Below are positions 1 through 8,043 of a stretch of DNA of 25,128 nt, piece after piece. Within the stretch, counting starts at the first letter, position 1, and each line of letters opens with the position of its first letter. The stretch comes from a virus (Duplodnaviria > Caudoviricetes). Both the position numbers and the translations under genes were made by a program. The stretch lies in IMG/VR virus record IMGVR_UViG_3300030104_003757, positions 1 through 25,128 of that record; one strand, given 5' to 3'. The notes under the pieces were generated by a model. The model saw only the letters and a program-made list of their open reading frames with translations. It did no database searches and had not been told where the DNA came from.

Positions 1-37
1 ATATCTGAGATATTTTCTTTGGTATTGGGCGTGTCAC
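1..37 (-). CDS. 5' end of a divergent late gene (MTRPIPKKISQI..., GTG start), truncated by the window edge; probably tail tube/baseplate-associated (gp54/gp19-like)
   Basis: GTG at 37-35 with an open frame to the edge, downstream of a - strand CTAAATA at 64-70. The product is inferred from T4-like synteny only. Confidence 0.45.
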   Translation of the reverse strand, partial: MTRPIPKKISQI

Positions 38-38
38 T

Positions 39-45
39 CTAAATA
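39..45 (+). promoter_or_regulatory. T4-type late promoter (CTAAATA) for gp4
   Basis: TAAATA core 25 nt upstream of the ATG at 71. Confidence 0.7.
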
Positions 46-63
46 GTTTTACTATATCATTTC

Positions 64-70
64 TATTTAG
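64..70 (-). promoter_or_regulatory. T4-type late promoter (CTAAATA) for the divergent gene starting at 37
   Basis: tatttag on the + strand, 26 nt upstream of the GTG. Confidence 0.6.
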
Positions 71-505
71 ATGGCTTATAAAGGAAAATATCGACCATCT
101 CACCCAAAGAAATATAAAGGTGACCCAACAGAAATAACCTTTAGATCATTATGGGAAAGAAAATTTATGATTTACTGCGATTCCAATGTTAATGTATTAG
201 AATGGGCAAGTGAAGAGATTATTATACCTTACCGTGGTCCTGATGGAAAACCCCATAGATATTTTCCAGACTTCTATATGAAAGTAAAGGAAAATAATGG
301 TGTAATAAAAAGATATGTTATTGAAGTAAAACCTTTAAAGCAATGTTCTCCACCTAAAAAACCAAAGAGACAAACTAAAGGATATATTCGTGAGGTATTT
401 GAATATGCTAGGAATCAGGCAAAATGGAAAGAAGCAAGAGAATGGTGTGCTGATAGACAATGGGAATTTAAAGTGGTTACTGAAAAAGAACTAGGTATAA
501 AATAA
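71..505 (+). CDS. gp4: Head completion nuclease, T4 gp4-like (TnsA-like endonuclease fold)
   Basis: MAYKGKYRP..KY.GDPT.I.FRS.WE, W.SEE..IPY, HRYFPDF, IEVKP and NQAKW..A motifs. Confidence 0.93.
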   Translation: MAYKGKYRPSHPKKYKGDPTEITFRSLWERKFMIYCDSNVNVLEWASEEIIIPYRGPDGKPHRYFPDFYMKVKENNGVIKRYVIEVKPLKQCSPPKKPKRQTKGYIREVFEYARNQAKWKEAREWCADRQWEFKVVTEKELGIK

Positions 506-903
506 TGGCACAAAGAGAAACTTTTCTACAAAGTCAAAAAAGAAAATTAGCAGCACAAAATAGAATTACACCAGTCCTAGATGGATTATATGGAACAGAA
601 AATCCTGATGATTTAGCAACTGAAGTATTAGATGTATTAACTGAAGGTGGTAAAGTTCCTGAAGTAGGAAACTATTATGTATTCGTCTATAAACCTAAAA
701 CACCAAATATACAATATGATCAACATCCACTAGTTGCTGTATTTGATGTATTTGAATGGGGATTTCGTGGTTTAAACTATCATTGGGGTGAAGTTAGGCA
801 ATATACTTGGAATGAAGTTATAGGTGGGTTATATAAAGTGAGTTCTTTAGAACTAAGATCACTAAGAACAATTCCTTTCGCTAGATTTCGTCTAAATAGT
901 TGA
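505..903 (+). CDS. gp2-like DNA end-protector family protein (short form)
   Basis: G.YY.FVY.PKT...YDQHPL and GFRGLNYHW motifs; adjacent to gp4. Confidence 0.6.
   Translation: MAQRETFLQSQKRKLAAQNRITPVLDGLYGTENPDDLATEVLDVLTEGGKVPEVGNYYVFVYKPKTPNIQYDQHPLVAVFDVFEWGFRGLNYHWGEVRQYTWNEVIGGLYKVSSLELRSLRTIPFARFRLNS
892..898 (+). promoter_or_regulatory. T4-type late promoter (CTAAATA) for gp48/gp53
   Basis: TAAATA core 28 nt upstream of the ATG at 927. Confidence 0.7.
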
Positions 904-926
904 TAATCCATATAAAAGGTCGATAA

Positions 927-2099
927 ATGGCTTTATCTTTTAAAGATGCATTAAAACTTGCTGAAACAGACCCAGGTAAAGATCTTATAAAATCTATACA
1001 AGGTTCAAGTAAGCAAACCACAAAAGATGGTGCTAAGAAAACTAATAAAAATTTTGTAGAAGAAAAGTATTTTGCATACCCAGCTGATAGTAAGGAAAGT
1101 GTTCATAGAGATTCATTATTAATTAAATGTATTCAATATCAACCACCAAAGGCTGGTAGTGATGATGCTATTAAATATGAAAAAGGTCAAAAAGCACAAG
1201 AAGCAGTATATAGTAAACAGGGTGGTTTTCTTGGTATAGGTGGAAAACAAGTATTAGAAAAAGAAGCTGTAAAAGCAACAAAAGATAATTGGAATATAGG
1301 AACAGATGCTAGTGATAGATTTAACAGAGACGCTGGAACTAGTAAACAACAAATTCAATACTATATTGAATTACCAATACCTCAACAAATAAATGATAGT
1401 AATTCTGTTACTTGGGGAGAAAATTCTATGAATTTATTCCAACTAGCAGGATTAACAGGTGCAAAGCAACTTATAGAAAATCCAAAAGAAGCAGTAGGAA
1501 ATATTGTGTCTGTAGGAAAGAATATCTTAGGTGGAGAAGGTGGAACTAATGAACTTGGATTAAATGCAGATGTTTCAAATGCTCTATCAGCTGCAGTTGC
1601 TGGTAAAGCAGTTAATGCTTTGGGTGCAAACATTAGTTCAAGATCAGTTATATCAAGAGCAACTGGACAAATTTTAAATTCAAATAAAGAATTACTATTT
1701 GAAGGTGTGAATATAAGACAATTCCCCTTTAACATAACATTTACTCCTAGAAGCAAAAATGATGTAAATGCTGTTAGAGAGATAATTAGAAAATTAAAGC
1801 GATCTATGGCACCAAAAAGAGGATCCACAACTGTTGCTTCAGCCTCTGGTGGATGGCTTATACAAGCACCAGACGCATTTATATTAGAATATAGAAGGGG
1901 TAGAGATATACACCCATTCTTAAATAAATTTAAACCTACAGTTTTAACAAGTATGTCTGTTAATTATACTGGAGCAGGTACTTATGCTTCATATGCTGAT
2001 GGAAATCCCGTTAGTTTACAAATGTCATTAGTATTCAAGGAATTAAATCCAATTTATGCAGAAGATTACGACAAAGTTAAAGGAGGAGTAGGATACTAA
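927..2099 (+). CDS. gp48: Baseplate tail-tube cap, T4 gp48-like
   Basis: IELPIP..I.D.N.V.W, N..ELLFEGV..R.F.F...F.PRS, L..MSVNYT and C-terminal L.F.ELNPIY..DY motifs. Confidence 0.88.
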   Translation: MALSFKDALKLAETDPGKDLIKSIQGSSKQTTKDGAKKTNKNFVEEKYFAYPADSKESVHRDSLLIKCIQYQPPKAGSDDAIKYEKGQKAQEAVYSKQGGFLGIGGKQVLEKEAVKATKDNWNIGTDASDRFNRDAGTSKQQIQYYIELPIPQQINDSNSVTWGENSMNLFQLAGLTGAKQLIENPKEAVGNIVSVGKNILGGEGGTNELGLNADVSNALSAAVAGKAVNALGANISSRSVISRATGQILNSNKELLFEGVNIRQFPFNITFTPRSKNDVNAVREIIRKLKRSMAPKRGSTTVASASGGWLIQAPDAFILEYRRGRDIHPFLNKFKPTVLTSMSVNYTGAGTYASYADGNPVSLQMSLVFKELNPIYAEDYDKVKGGVGY

Positions 2100-2935
2100 T
2101 GGGATACTTTAGAGAACTACCAAACGTAGCATATAAATCTCCACTATCACATAAAAATTCTTCTGGAGATTATATTTTTGTTAAAAATATTTTCAGAAAA
2201 ACTAAAATGATGGATTGGTTATCGACCAATGCCACATTATTTAATAAATTTCAAATAGGAGATGGTGATAGACCAGATACAATTGCAGAAGCATTGTATG
2301 GAGATCCAACTTTAGATTATGTTGTTATATTAACTGCTGGTATTACAAATATTAGAAATCAATGGCCATTAACTGACAATGATCTTTATGACTATGCTCT
2401 AGAAAAATATGGTTCTGAAGCAAATCTTAATGCAGCACATCATTATGAAACATATGAAATTAGGGATGAAAATCAAAATCTAGTTATGCCTGAAGGATCT
2501 ATAGTAGATGATAAATTTAAAATAGATGGTCCAGGTAAAAGACCTAATAGTTCTTCAGCACAAATCCAATGGACACTTATAAAAGATTCTGGTAATGAAA
2601 CATTAACTCAAGATGAAATAGGTATGGTTAATGCATTTACTGTTCCAGATCTAGAAGCAATAGCAACTTTTAATTCTAAAACAGATGATGATGGAAATGA
2701 AATTGGAACTTATAGTTACGGACCTGCATCAGTATCAAATAGTTTAGGATATGCAGTATCCAATCTAAGTTATGAAATAGTTGAAAATGAAAAGAAAAGA
2801 TCTATAGATGTTTTACGTGAAGGATATTTACAACTATTCTTAAGTAATTTACGTGAAATAATGCAATATGATAGAAATTCCCAATATATACATTCTTCAC
2901 TAATAGGTTCTCAGAACGTTAGTATCGTAGACTAA
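2099..2935 (+). CDS. gp53: Baseplate wedge subunit, T4 gp53-like
   Basis: MGYFRELPN, I.DGDRPDTIA..LYGD, QWPL, HHYET and E...NEKKR.I.VL motifs. Confidence 0.9.
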   Translation: MGYFRELPNVAYKSPLSHKNSSGDYIFVKNIFRKTKMMDWLSTNATLFNKFQIGDGDRPDTIAEALYGDPTLDYVVILTAGITNIRNQWPLTDNDLYDYALEKYGSEANLNAAHHYETYEIRDENQNLVMPEGSIVDDKFKIDGPGKRPNSSSAQIQWTLIKDSGNETLTQDEIGMVNAFTVPDLEAIATFNSKTDDDGNEIGTYSYGPASVSNSLGYAVSNLSYEIVENEKKRSIDVLREGYLQLFLSNLREIMQYDRNSQYIHSSLIGSQNVSIVD

Positions 2936-2961
2936 AAAAGGGGTTCGTTAGAACCCCTTTC
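2935..2961. terminator. Bidirectional intrinsic terminator between the convergent gp53 and gp32 genes
   Basis: AAAGGGGTTC-GTTA-GAACCCCTTT hairpin with a preceding A-run (U-tract on the - strand). Confidence 0.85.
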
Positions 2962-2966
2962 TCGTG

Positions 2967-3848
2967 TTACTCAGCAGCGAGTTTAGCAAAGTATGATAAC
3001 GTTTCGTCATCATCTTCAGTTGCTGAAGGTGTAGGTTCTGCAACAGTAGGAGAAGATGCTTTAACCTCTTCAAACTCTTGCTCTACAGTTTCAGCATCGT
3101 TACGAACTTGCTTGTTACCAAGAACATAACCAAGACGAGTCTTAAGTTCATCATAAGACTTGAACTGATCAGCAGCTACATGCTCTTCTAGAGAATATTC
3201 TTTCTCCCAAATTGCTTCTAGTGCCTCATCATCTTTAAGAAGAGGACTTACAGCAGCAAACTCTGAAGAGTCATAGTTACGATAACCAGCAACGTTCTTA
3301 GCCTTCAACTTGAAGTTAGCACCTTGCCAGAAATCAAATGGATCAATTGCTTCTTCATCCTCGAACTCAGGTTGCATTGCTGCAGTTAGTTTATCAAAGA
3401 TCTTCTTACCATACTTGTATAAGAAAGTCTTGCCTTCATTTTCAGGATTAGCAGGATCCTTTACGACATAGATGTTACTGATATAGGTAAGTTTACGCTT
3501 CTGCTTACGAGCAGCATCTTTACCAGCATCTGTGCCATTGTTCCAGAGTAAAGTATTGTGCTCTGAAACTGGATCTTTTTGCCCTAAAGTAGTAAGGGAG
3601 TTTTCAATGTACCAACCGCCAGGACCTTGAAAGGCGTGGGAGTATAGTTTTACAAATGGTAGATCCTCACCATTTGGTGCGGGTAGGAAACGGATAACGG
3701 CATAACCATTGCCTGATTTATCACATTCTAGTTTCCATAGACGGTCATCACCTTGACCACCTGTGTTATTCATTTTCTCAACTTCTTTCACAAGTTTTTG
3801 TGTAAGAGAGCCAAGTTTTGATTGCTTTTTAAGATTAGCAAACGACAT
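2967..3848 (-). CDS. gp32: Single-stranded DNA-binding protein, T4 gp32
   Basis: D.R.WKL..DKSGNGYAVIRFLP, HAFQGPGGWYIENSLTT, YGKKIFDK, PFDFW.GANFKLK, RNYD.S.F motifs and an acidic tail. Confidence 0.96.
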   Translation of the reverse strand: MSFANLKKQSKLGSLTQKLVKEVEKMNNTGGQGDDRLWKLECDKSGNGYAVIRFLPAPNGEDLPFVKLYSHAFQGPGGWYIENSLTTLGQKDPVSEHNTLLWNNGTDAGKDAARKQKRKLTYISNIYVVKDPANPENEGKTFLYKYGKKIFDKLTAAMQPEFEDEEAIDPFDFWQGANFKLKAKNVAGYRNYDSSEFAAVSPLLKDDEALEAIWEKEYSLEEHVAADQFKSYDELKTRLGYVLGNKQVRNDAETVEQEFEEVKASSPTVAEPTPSATEDDDETLSYFAKLAAE

Positions 3849-3888
3849 TTAGATTACCTCGGATTAATTAGATTCGTTGGATGTTTAG

Positions 3889-3917
3889 ATTATAGCAGAG
3901 AAATGCTTACTAGTCAA
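3889..3917 (-). promoter_or_regulatory. Sigma70-type (early) promoter for gp32
   Basis: TTGACT-17 bp-TATAAT with an extended -10 TG (TGCTATAAT). Confidence 0.85.
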
Positions 3918-4239
3918 TACGTTGCTTAAGAGCTTCAATAGTATTAGTCATTCCATTAAACAATACAGATATATCTGTACCTGGTGGAAATCCTAAAGCA
4001 CAAACGGATTTTTCCAAATCCTTTTTCATTTTCTTAGCAGCAGGATCATCAGTTAAAGAGAGTCTAGTATACATCACTCTTTGTTTGTCTAGTAGTTCAG
4101 TTAAATTATCAATATGTTCCAATTGATCTTCACGGTCCATTGTATCAAAAGAAAATCCAGCATTGTAGATTATCTCTTGTAGACGATTAATTTCGGTTAA
4201 TTCATCTCTAATGATTTCTGAATCGAAAAATTCACTCAT
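3910..4239 (-). CDS. DUF1825-like cyanobacterial/cyanophage protein
   Basis: FFDSEIIRDEL, LLDKQRVMYTRLSL.DDP.AK.MK motifs; usual position between gp59 and gp32. Confidence 0.75.
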   Translation of the reverse strand: MSEFFDSEIIRDELTEINRLQEIIYNAGFSFDTMDREDQLEHIDNLTELLDKQRVMYTRLSLTDDPAAKKMKKDLEKSVCALGFPPGTDISVLFNGMTNTIEALKQRID

Positions 4240-4822
4240 TTACTATGTCCCTTAGTACTTTTTTAAACTGAAATACATTAATATTTAGGAAAGGTAAATA
4301 CTTTTTTAATTTTAAACTTACGGTTTCCCATACAGGATCTGTAAGTTTCTTATCAAAATCTTTTTTGAAAGAAAAGACTTTTTCCAGTATTGAAAGCGTT
4401 TCTAGCGAAATCTCTCCACCCAAATACCTTTTTAGTAACAGGGGATGTCCCATCGAGCAATTGAACACTTCGTCTAAGTTCTTCTCCGATAGCAATTCGC
4501 TGATTTGTTCTTTGAACAAGTAAGTCAAACTCTGTTGACGCATCATCCATTCTGAATATGTTCTTTCTCCAGAATTGATTATTTCTCCGATCCATAAATT
4601 TTGTGGGTTAGTAGAATTAATAAAATTAGATAATAGGAAATCAACTATCTCTTGATCAGAGTATTTCCTAGAAGTTTTTTCAAACCAATATTTGTCCTTC
4701 CTCTTGTTAAAGGAAGTCATAGTTGCACGAGATTTACCACCATACTTAAAAAAGTCAAATTTAGGATTAGTAAAATGACTTTTCATTGATAAGTATGTAC
4801 GGTAAGTCTCAAACGGTGTCAC
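4232..4822 (-). CDS. gp59: Helicase loader, T4 gp59-like (likely GTG start at 4822)
   Basis: TPFE.Y..YL.MK.HFT...FDFFKYGGK and F.KRKDKY.FEK motifs; GAGGA RBS just upstream of the GTG at 4822. Confidence 0.88.
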   Translation of the reverse strand: MTPFETYRTYLSMKSHFTNPKFDFFKYGGKSRATMTSFNKRKDKYWFEKTSRKYSDQEIVDFLLSNFINSTNPQNLWIGEIINSGERTYSEWMMRQQSLTYLFKEQISELLSEKNLDEVFNCSMGHPLLLKRYLGGEISLETLSILEKVFSFKKDFDKKLTDPVWETVSLKLKKYLPFLNINVFQFKKVLRDIVNE

Positions 4823-5021
4823 TTTCGTCCTCAACATCTTCTTCTGCTTCAAATTCAGTAATCGCATCAATAGGAACTTCTGCCTCTCCTATGCGATACC
4901 AATGTACATTTTCACCTGTCTTATAACTTGGACGTTCTCCAATATATTCAAGGTCAGGCATATTATAGTCACGCAAAATCGCTTGTAAACGATAATGCAA
5001 TAAATCAAGTTTTGATGGCAT
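4809..5021 (-). CDS. Small acidic hypothetical protein (70 aa) between gp33 and gp59
   Basis: Starts 2 nt after the gp33 stop, fills the gap exactly and overlaps the gp59 start. Confidence 0.7.
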   Translation of the reverse strand: MPSKLDLLHYRLQAILRDYNMPDLEYIGERPSYKTGENVHWYRIGEAEVPIDAITEFEAEEDVEDESDTV

Positions 5022-5023
5022 TA

Positions 5024-5284
5024 TTATAAAGGAAGTCTAGCTCTTGAAGTTTTCTTCATATAATTGAGACGTGTTGCATCCCATTTCAGTCGTTCTTTTA
5101 ATGGTTTTGAAATTAACTTCGATACTGATTCTACCTCAATATTGTTACTTTCGCAATAATAGCAAATTGCATCAATATAATTAAAATCTTCTTCTGCTAC
5201 AATCTTTTCGATCTCCATAGCAAACTTTTGAGGTGTAAGAAACTTACTCTCTATAGCCTTTTCTAATTCTTTACTTGGTTCCAT
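5024..5284 (-). CDS. gp33: Late-transcription coactivator, T4 gp33-like (start re-assigned to MEPSK at 5284)
   Basis: KFA.EIEKIV, NYIDAI..YCE.N.IEVE...KLISKPLKE.LK..A..LN motifs. Confidence 0.88.
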   Translation of the reverse strand: MEPSKELEKAIESKFLTPQKFAMEIEKIVAEEDFNYIDAICYYCESNNIEVESVSKLISKPLKERLKWDATRLNYMKKTSRARLPL

Positions 5285-5954
5285 AGAGTTCCAGTTTATC
5301 GTTAACAAATTTTGTAATGTACTGTTGCAGTAGTTTGATGTACTTTGCTTTGTCTCTTTCTTCATAGATGACACATTCTCCATTTTCACAAGCCATAATG
5401 ATTACAAGTTTTTTGATGGGTATACCCTTCATCTCATATAACATACAACCGTATGCCATACACTGGACAAAATAATGCTCAATCCAGTCTCTTGGTTTAG
5501 GTTTCTTAGATGTTTTAAAATCTATTATCGCTAACTCGCCATCATATTCAGCAATACAATCAACAGTTCCAGCAATACCTAGTTCTTTACTATATAGCGG
5601 TCCTTCCAGAGCGTATATATTATTTATTTTCTTAAGATGACCCTTTGAAATCTTAAATAAAAAATCAGAAATAGGACGTAATCCTTTAGGTAAGTCCTCA
5701 TTCTTTAGATAATGTTCTGTAAGAGTATGCATATCAGTTCCACGACCAGTAGCCGCCTTAGTGATACGATCTGCCTCTTCATTACCAACTTTCTTTCTCC
5801 ACTTAACAAAGATCTCCTTATTGAAATGGCTAGTTACTGAAGTAATAGAAACCATTTTGACAAGTTCTTCCTCATCAGGTATCTTATAGTAACGAACTCC
5901 ATCAATATGTTCTCTTTCAAGAGGTTGAAGATCTAGTTCAACATGATTAAACAT
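5271..5954 (-). CDS. PD-(D/E)XK exonuclease (Cas4-like/exonuclease V-type) of T4-like cyanophages
   Basis: SITSV, RGT.MH...E.YL, AGTVDCIAEY.G.LAIIDFKTS and YFVQ..AY motifs. Confidence 0.88.
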   Translation of the reverse strand: MFNHVELDLQPLEREHIDGVRYYKIPDEEELVKMVSITSVTSHFNKEIFVKWRKKVGNEEADRITKAATGRGTDMHTLTEHYLKNEDLPKGLRPISDFLFKISKGHLKKINNIYALEGPLYSKELGIAGTVDCIAEYDGELAIIDFKTSKKPKPRDWIEHYFVQCMAYGCMLYEMKGIPIKKLVIIMACENGECVIYEERDKAKYIKLLQQYITKFVNDKLELYGTK

Positions 5955-6712
5955 TAAAAACCATTTTCAAGTTTTGCTATGATATATTCTTTGACCAATC
6001 CAGAACGAACTATGTCATCTATACCAAACTCTATTATATCAAAGGATGGCATTTTACGCAAGACGTTCATAAAATCTACAATACCATTACGATCATTTGT
6101 TTTAATTAGATCTGATTGACTTGAATCACCACAGAACATAATCTTACTATTCTCTCCAATACGAGTAATAATAGAATCTAGTTCGTGAAAATTGAGGTTC
6201 TGAAACTCATCTACAATCACGATAGAGTTGTCTAAAGTAGTTCCACGAATAAAAGAAGTACTCCAAAACTTAATGCTTTCCTGTGCCTTTAAGTTGCCGT
6301 AGAGCATCTCAAAATCTGCATCAGATGGCATCTGGAACATATACTTCACCATATTCTTATATGGAATCTGGTATATGTCTGCCTTATCTTCGTGATCACC
6401 AGGCAAGAACCCAATCTCACGAGTAGATACTAATGAACGAACCAAATAGATTCTCTCATATGGAGTTGTCTCATCTAATACTTGCTTTAAAGCATTATAA
6501 AGGGTAACAAAAGTTTTTCCTGTACCAGCAGTTCCATATGCAACAATATGCTTACCTTCTTTATAAGATTCAAATAATCTTTTTTGATTATCTGTAATTG
6601 GTTCTATATCAACAAGATAATTTGTATTAATAGGTTTCTTTCTTTTTATTTGCTTAGTCGTCAATCCAATACCAATTGGTTGATCACCATTGGTCTTCTT
6701 CTTTCTAGGCAT
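5954..6712 (-). CDS. phoH: PhoH-family ATPase
   Basis: Walker A GTAGTGKT, IGFLPG, FIRGTTLD, IVDEFQN, CGD..QSDL and DIVRSGLVK motifs. Confidence 0.96.
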   Translation of the reverse strand: MPRKKKTNGDQPIGIGLTTKQIKRKKPINTNYLVDIEPITDNQKRLFESYKEGKHIVAYGTAGTGKTFVTLYNALKQVLDETTPYERIYLVRSLVSTREIGFLPGDHEDKADIYQIPYKNMVKYMFQMPSDADFEMLYGNLKAQESIKFWSTSFIRGTTLDNSIVIVDEFQNLNFHELDSIITRIGENSKIMFCGDSSQSDLIKTNDRNGIVDFMNVLRKMPSFDIIEFGIDDIVRSGLVKEYIIAKLENGF

Positions 6713-6716
6713 TTGT

Positions 6717-6971
6717 TTAGAATTGTTTAATGGTATGGTTCCTTGGAGCTGCTTTCTGTGCTTTCTTTAAAATACTATTCCAACCAGGTGCTTTCTTTCT
6801 CAACTTATCTTGCCAATCACCGACTTCCCCAGTGCCAGGCATTGTTGATGGGTCGGACCAATCCCTAGTCCAATCTGGATTATCTTCGCACCACTTAGAC
6901 CAATCATGGATGCTCATTGCGACTTCTTTCTGTTCGCCTGTTTCTTTATGTACTACTGGATATGTTGCCAT
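6717..6971 (-). CDS. Conserved cyanophage hypothetical protein (84 aa)
   Basis: MATYPV.HKETGE.KE..MS..W..W..DNPDW pattern; located between thyX and phoH. Confidence 0.8.
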   Translation of the reverse strand: MATYPVVHKETGEQKEVAMSIHDWSKWCEDNPDWTRDWSDPSTMPGTGEVGDWQDKLRKKAPGWNSILKKAQKAAPRNHTIKQF

Positions 6972-6992
6972 AATTTCAATAATTTGTAAAGT

Positions 6993-6998
6993 TATTTA
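6993..6998 (-). promoter_or_regulatory. Late promoter core TAAATA overlapping the thyX stop
   Basis: AATAAATAAC about 22 nt upstream of the ATG at 6971. Confidence 0.5.
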
Positions 6999-7634
6999 TT
7001 TGCCCCATTCAAGGGCTTCTGATACTGATGGAAACTGTTCTACAAATATAGATCTTGCCTTTTCCACAACATCCATATGCTCTTTCTGTGTACCGTGTGC
7101 AGATCTCAAATTAATGTAGTGAATCCAAGAACGGCACGAACCAGTCATATACAGTCTTGTTGGAGTGGCAAGTGGAAGCACAAATCTGGCACATTCCTTT
7201 GCGACTCCGTTTTCTAACAGAGCATTATAGAGATTCATAGAATCCTCAAAGTGCCTTGCAATGAGTGCCTGATACTCCTCTTTTTTCTCCTGTGGAATAT
7301 CATCATTACTATTCTGACGGTTCTTTGTATCCTGACTGCGGAGGTCTGGTACAGGAATCTGAGCATCTAAAAGTTTTGTATCAGCATATCTCTGAGAAAA
7401 CTCCTGAAATGTAAAGCTCCTATGTCTTAAAATTTGGGCCGCTAATCCCCTCGTCGTCTCGATCTCCAAAGTCATCGAGGACTGTTCAAATACACTCCAA
7501 TGATTATGTTTAATACAATACTTTAAAAGTCCTGAGTAATTTTCATTTTGCTGATTTGATGGATTTGATACCCTAGCGATATACGCCATCATCTTCTCCG
7601 CATCAGGAGTGATACTTACAAATTTAACGTTCAT
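6996..7634 (-). CDS. thyX: FAD-dependent thymidylate synthase ThyX
   Basis: H.SVFE, QILRHRSF.FQEFSQRY (RHRx7S signature), KECARFVLP and LR...GTQKEH motifs. Confidence 0.97.
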   Translation of the reverse strand: MNVKFVSITPDAEKMMAYIARVSNPSNQQNENYSGLLKYCIKHNHWSVFEQSSMTLEIETTRGLAAQILRHRSFTFQEFSQRYADTKLLDAQIPVPDLRSQDTKNRQNSNDDIPQEKKEEYQALIARHFEDSMNLYNALLENGVAKECARFVLPLATPTRLYMTGSCRSWIHYINLRSAHGTQKEHMDVVEKARSIFVEQFPSVSEALEWGK

Positions 7635-7813
7635 TTAGCAAATCCTTTATAATTTTTTGCACTTGTAGCAGCTAATTCTTCTTTAACTACTTTTAATTGG
7701 GTTTTCATATACCGCAACTCTTCATCAGAATAAAGATGATCTTGCTTGAGTAATCTCTCAAGCATCTTTATCAATCTTTTTGCTCTACTAGTTTGAGTAG
7801 CCATCGTTATCAT
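7631..7813 (-). CDS. Conserved cyanophage hypothetical protein (about 57-60 aa; start at 7813 or 7804)
   Basis: LIKMLERL.KQDHLYS.EEL.YMK.QL...KGF pattern; overlaps the thyX start. Confidence 0.75.
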   Translation of the reverse strand: MITMATQTSRAKRLIKMLERLLKQDHLYSDEELRYMKTQLKVVKEELAATSAKNYKGFAK

Positions 7814-7827
7814 CTTTCTTTCATATA

Positions 7828-7856
7828 ATTATAGCATAAAAAAAGGAGGGTATCAA
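7828..7856 (-). promoter_or_regulatory. Sigma70-type promoter for the hypothetical-thyX-phoH operon
   Basis: TTGATA-17 bp-TATAAT with an extended -10 TG; overlaps the upstream terminator. Confidence 0.8.
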
Positions 7857-7865
7857 CCCTCCTTT
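7838..7865 (-). terminator. Intrinsic terminator closing the riboswitch/DUF4278 transcript
   Basis: AAAGGAGGGT-TGAT-ACCCTCCTTT followed by more Ts, immediately after the stop at 7869. Confidence 0.9.
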
Positions 7866-7868
7866 ATC

Positions 7869-8012
7869 TCAACTGCAAGGAATTGCCTTACTTCTGATTT
7901 TGATACCACGATACATTAAATCGTGATTTCTGTGCTGAGTTGCTTCAGCGAGTACTTTCTTATTGTACTCTTCAGAGTCGTATTCGACTCCACGGTAAGT
8001 GACTTTTGCCAT
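7869..8012 (-). CDS. DUF4278-type small protein, 47 aa, absent from the ORF track (MAKVTYRGVEYDSEEYNKKVLAEATQHRNHDLMYRGIKIRSKAIPCS)
   Basis: Manual translation shows two YRG(V/I) motifs; GGAG RBS at 8021-8024; downstream of glutamine-riboswitch-like RNA. Confidence 0.88.
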   Translation of the reverse strand: MAKVTYRGVEYDSEEYNKKVLAEATQHRNHDLMYRGIKIRSKAIPCS

Positions 8013-8043
8013 TGGCTTTACTCCAAAGTAGTAGGGTTTTTAA

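Noticed and set aside
1382-1828. 148-aa - strand ORF
   Set aside because: Antisense shadow of gp48 with no motifs.
4353-4595. 80-aa ORF inside gp59
   Set aside because: Alternative frame fully within a conserved gene; no supporting signals.
5285-5389. N-terminal extension of gp33 in the ORF track
   Set aside because: Overlaps the exonuclease by more than 100 nt; the family-like sequence begins at the ATG at 5284.
5271-5954. Cas4-like nuclease as a sign of CRISPR-Cas
   Set aside because: No Fe-S cysteine cluster pattern, no other cas genes and no repeat-spacer array; it is a core cyanophage exonuclease.
6730-7119. 129-aa + strand ORF
   Set aside because: Antisense to thyX and the adjacent conserved gene.
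6996-7634. Intron or intein in thyX
   Set aside because: The ORF is continuous and of normal length.
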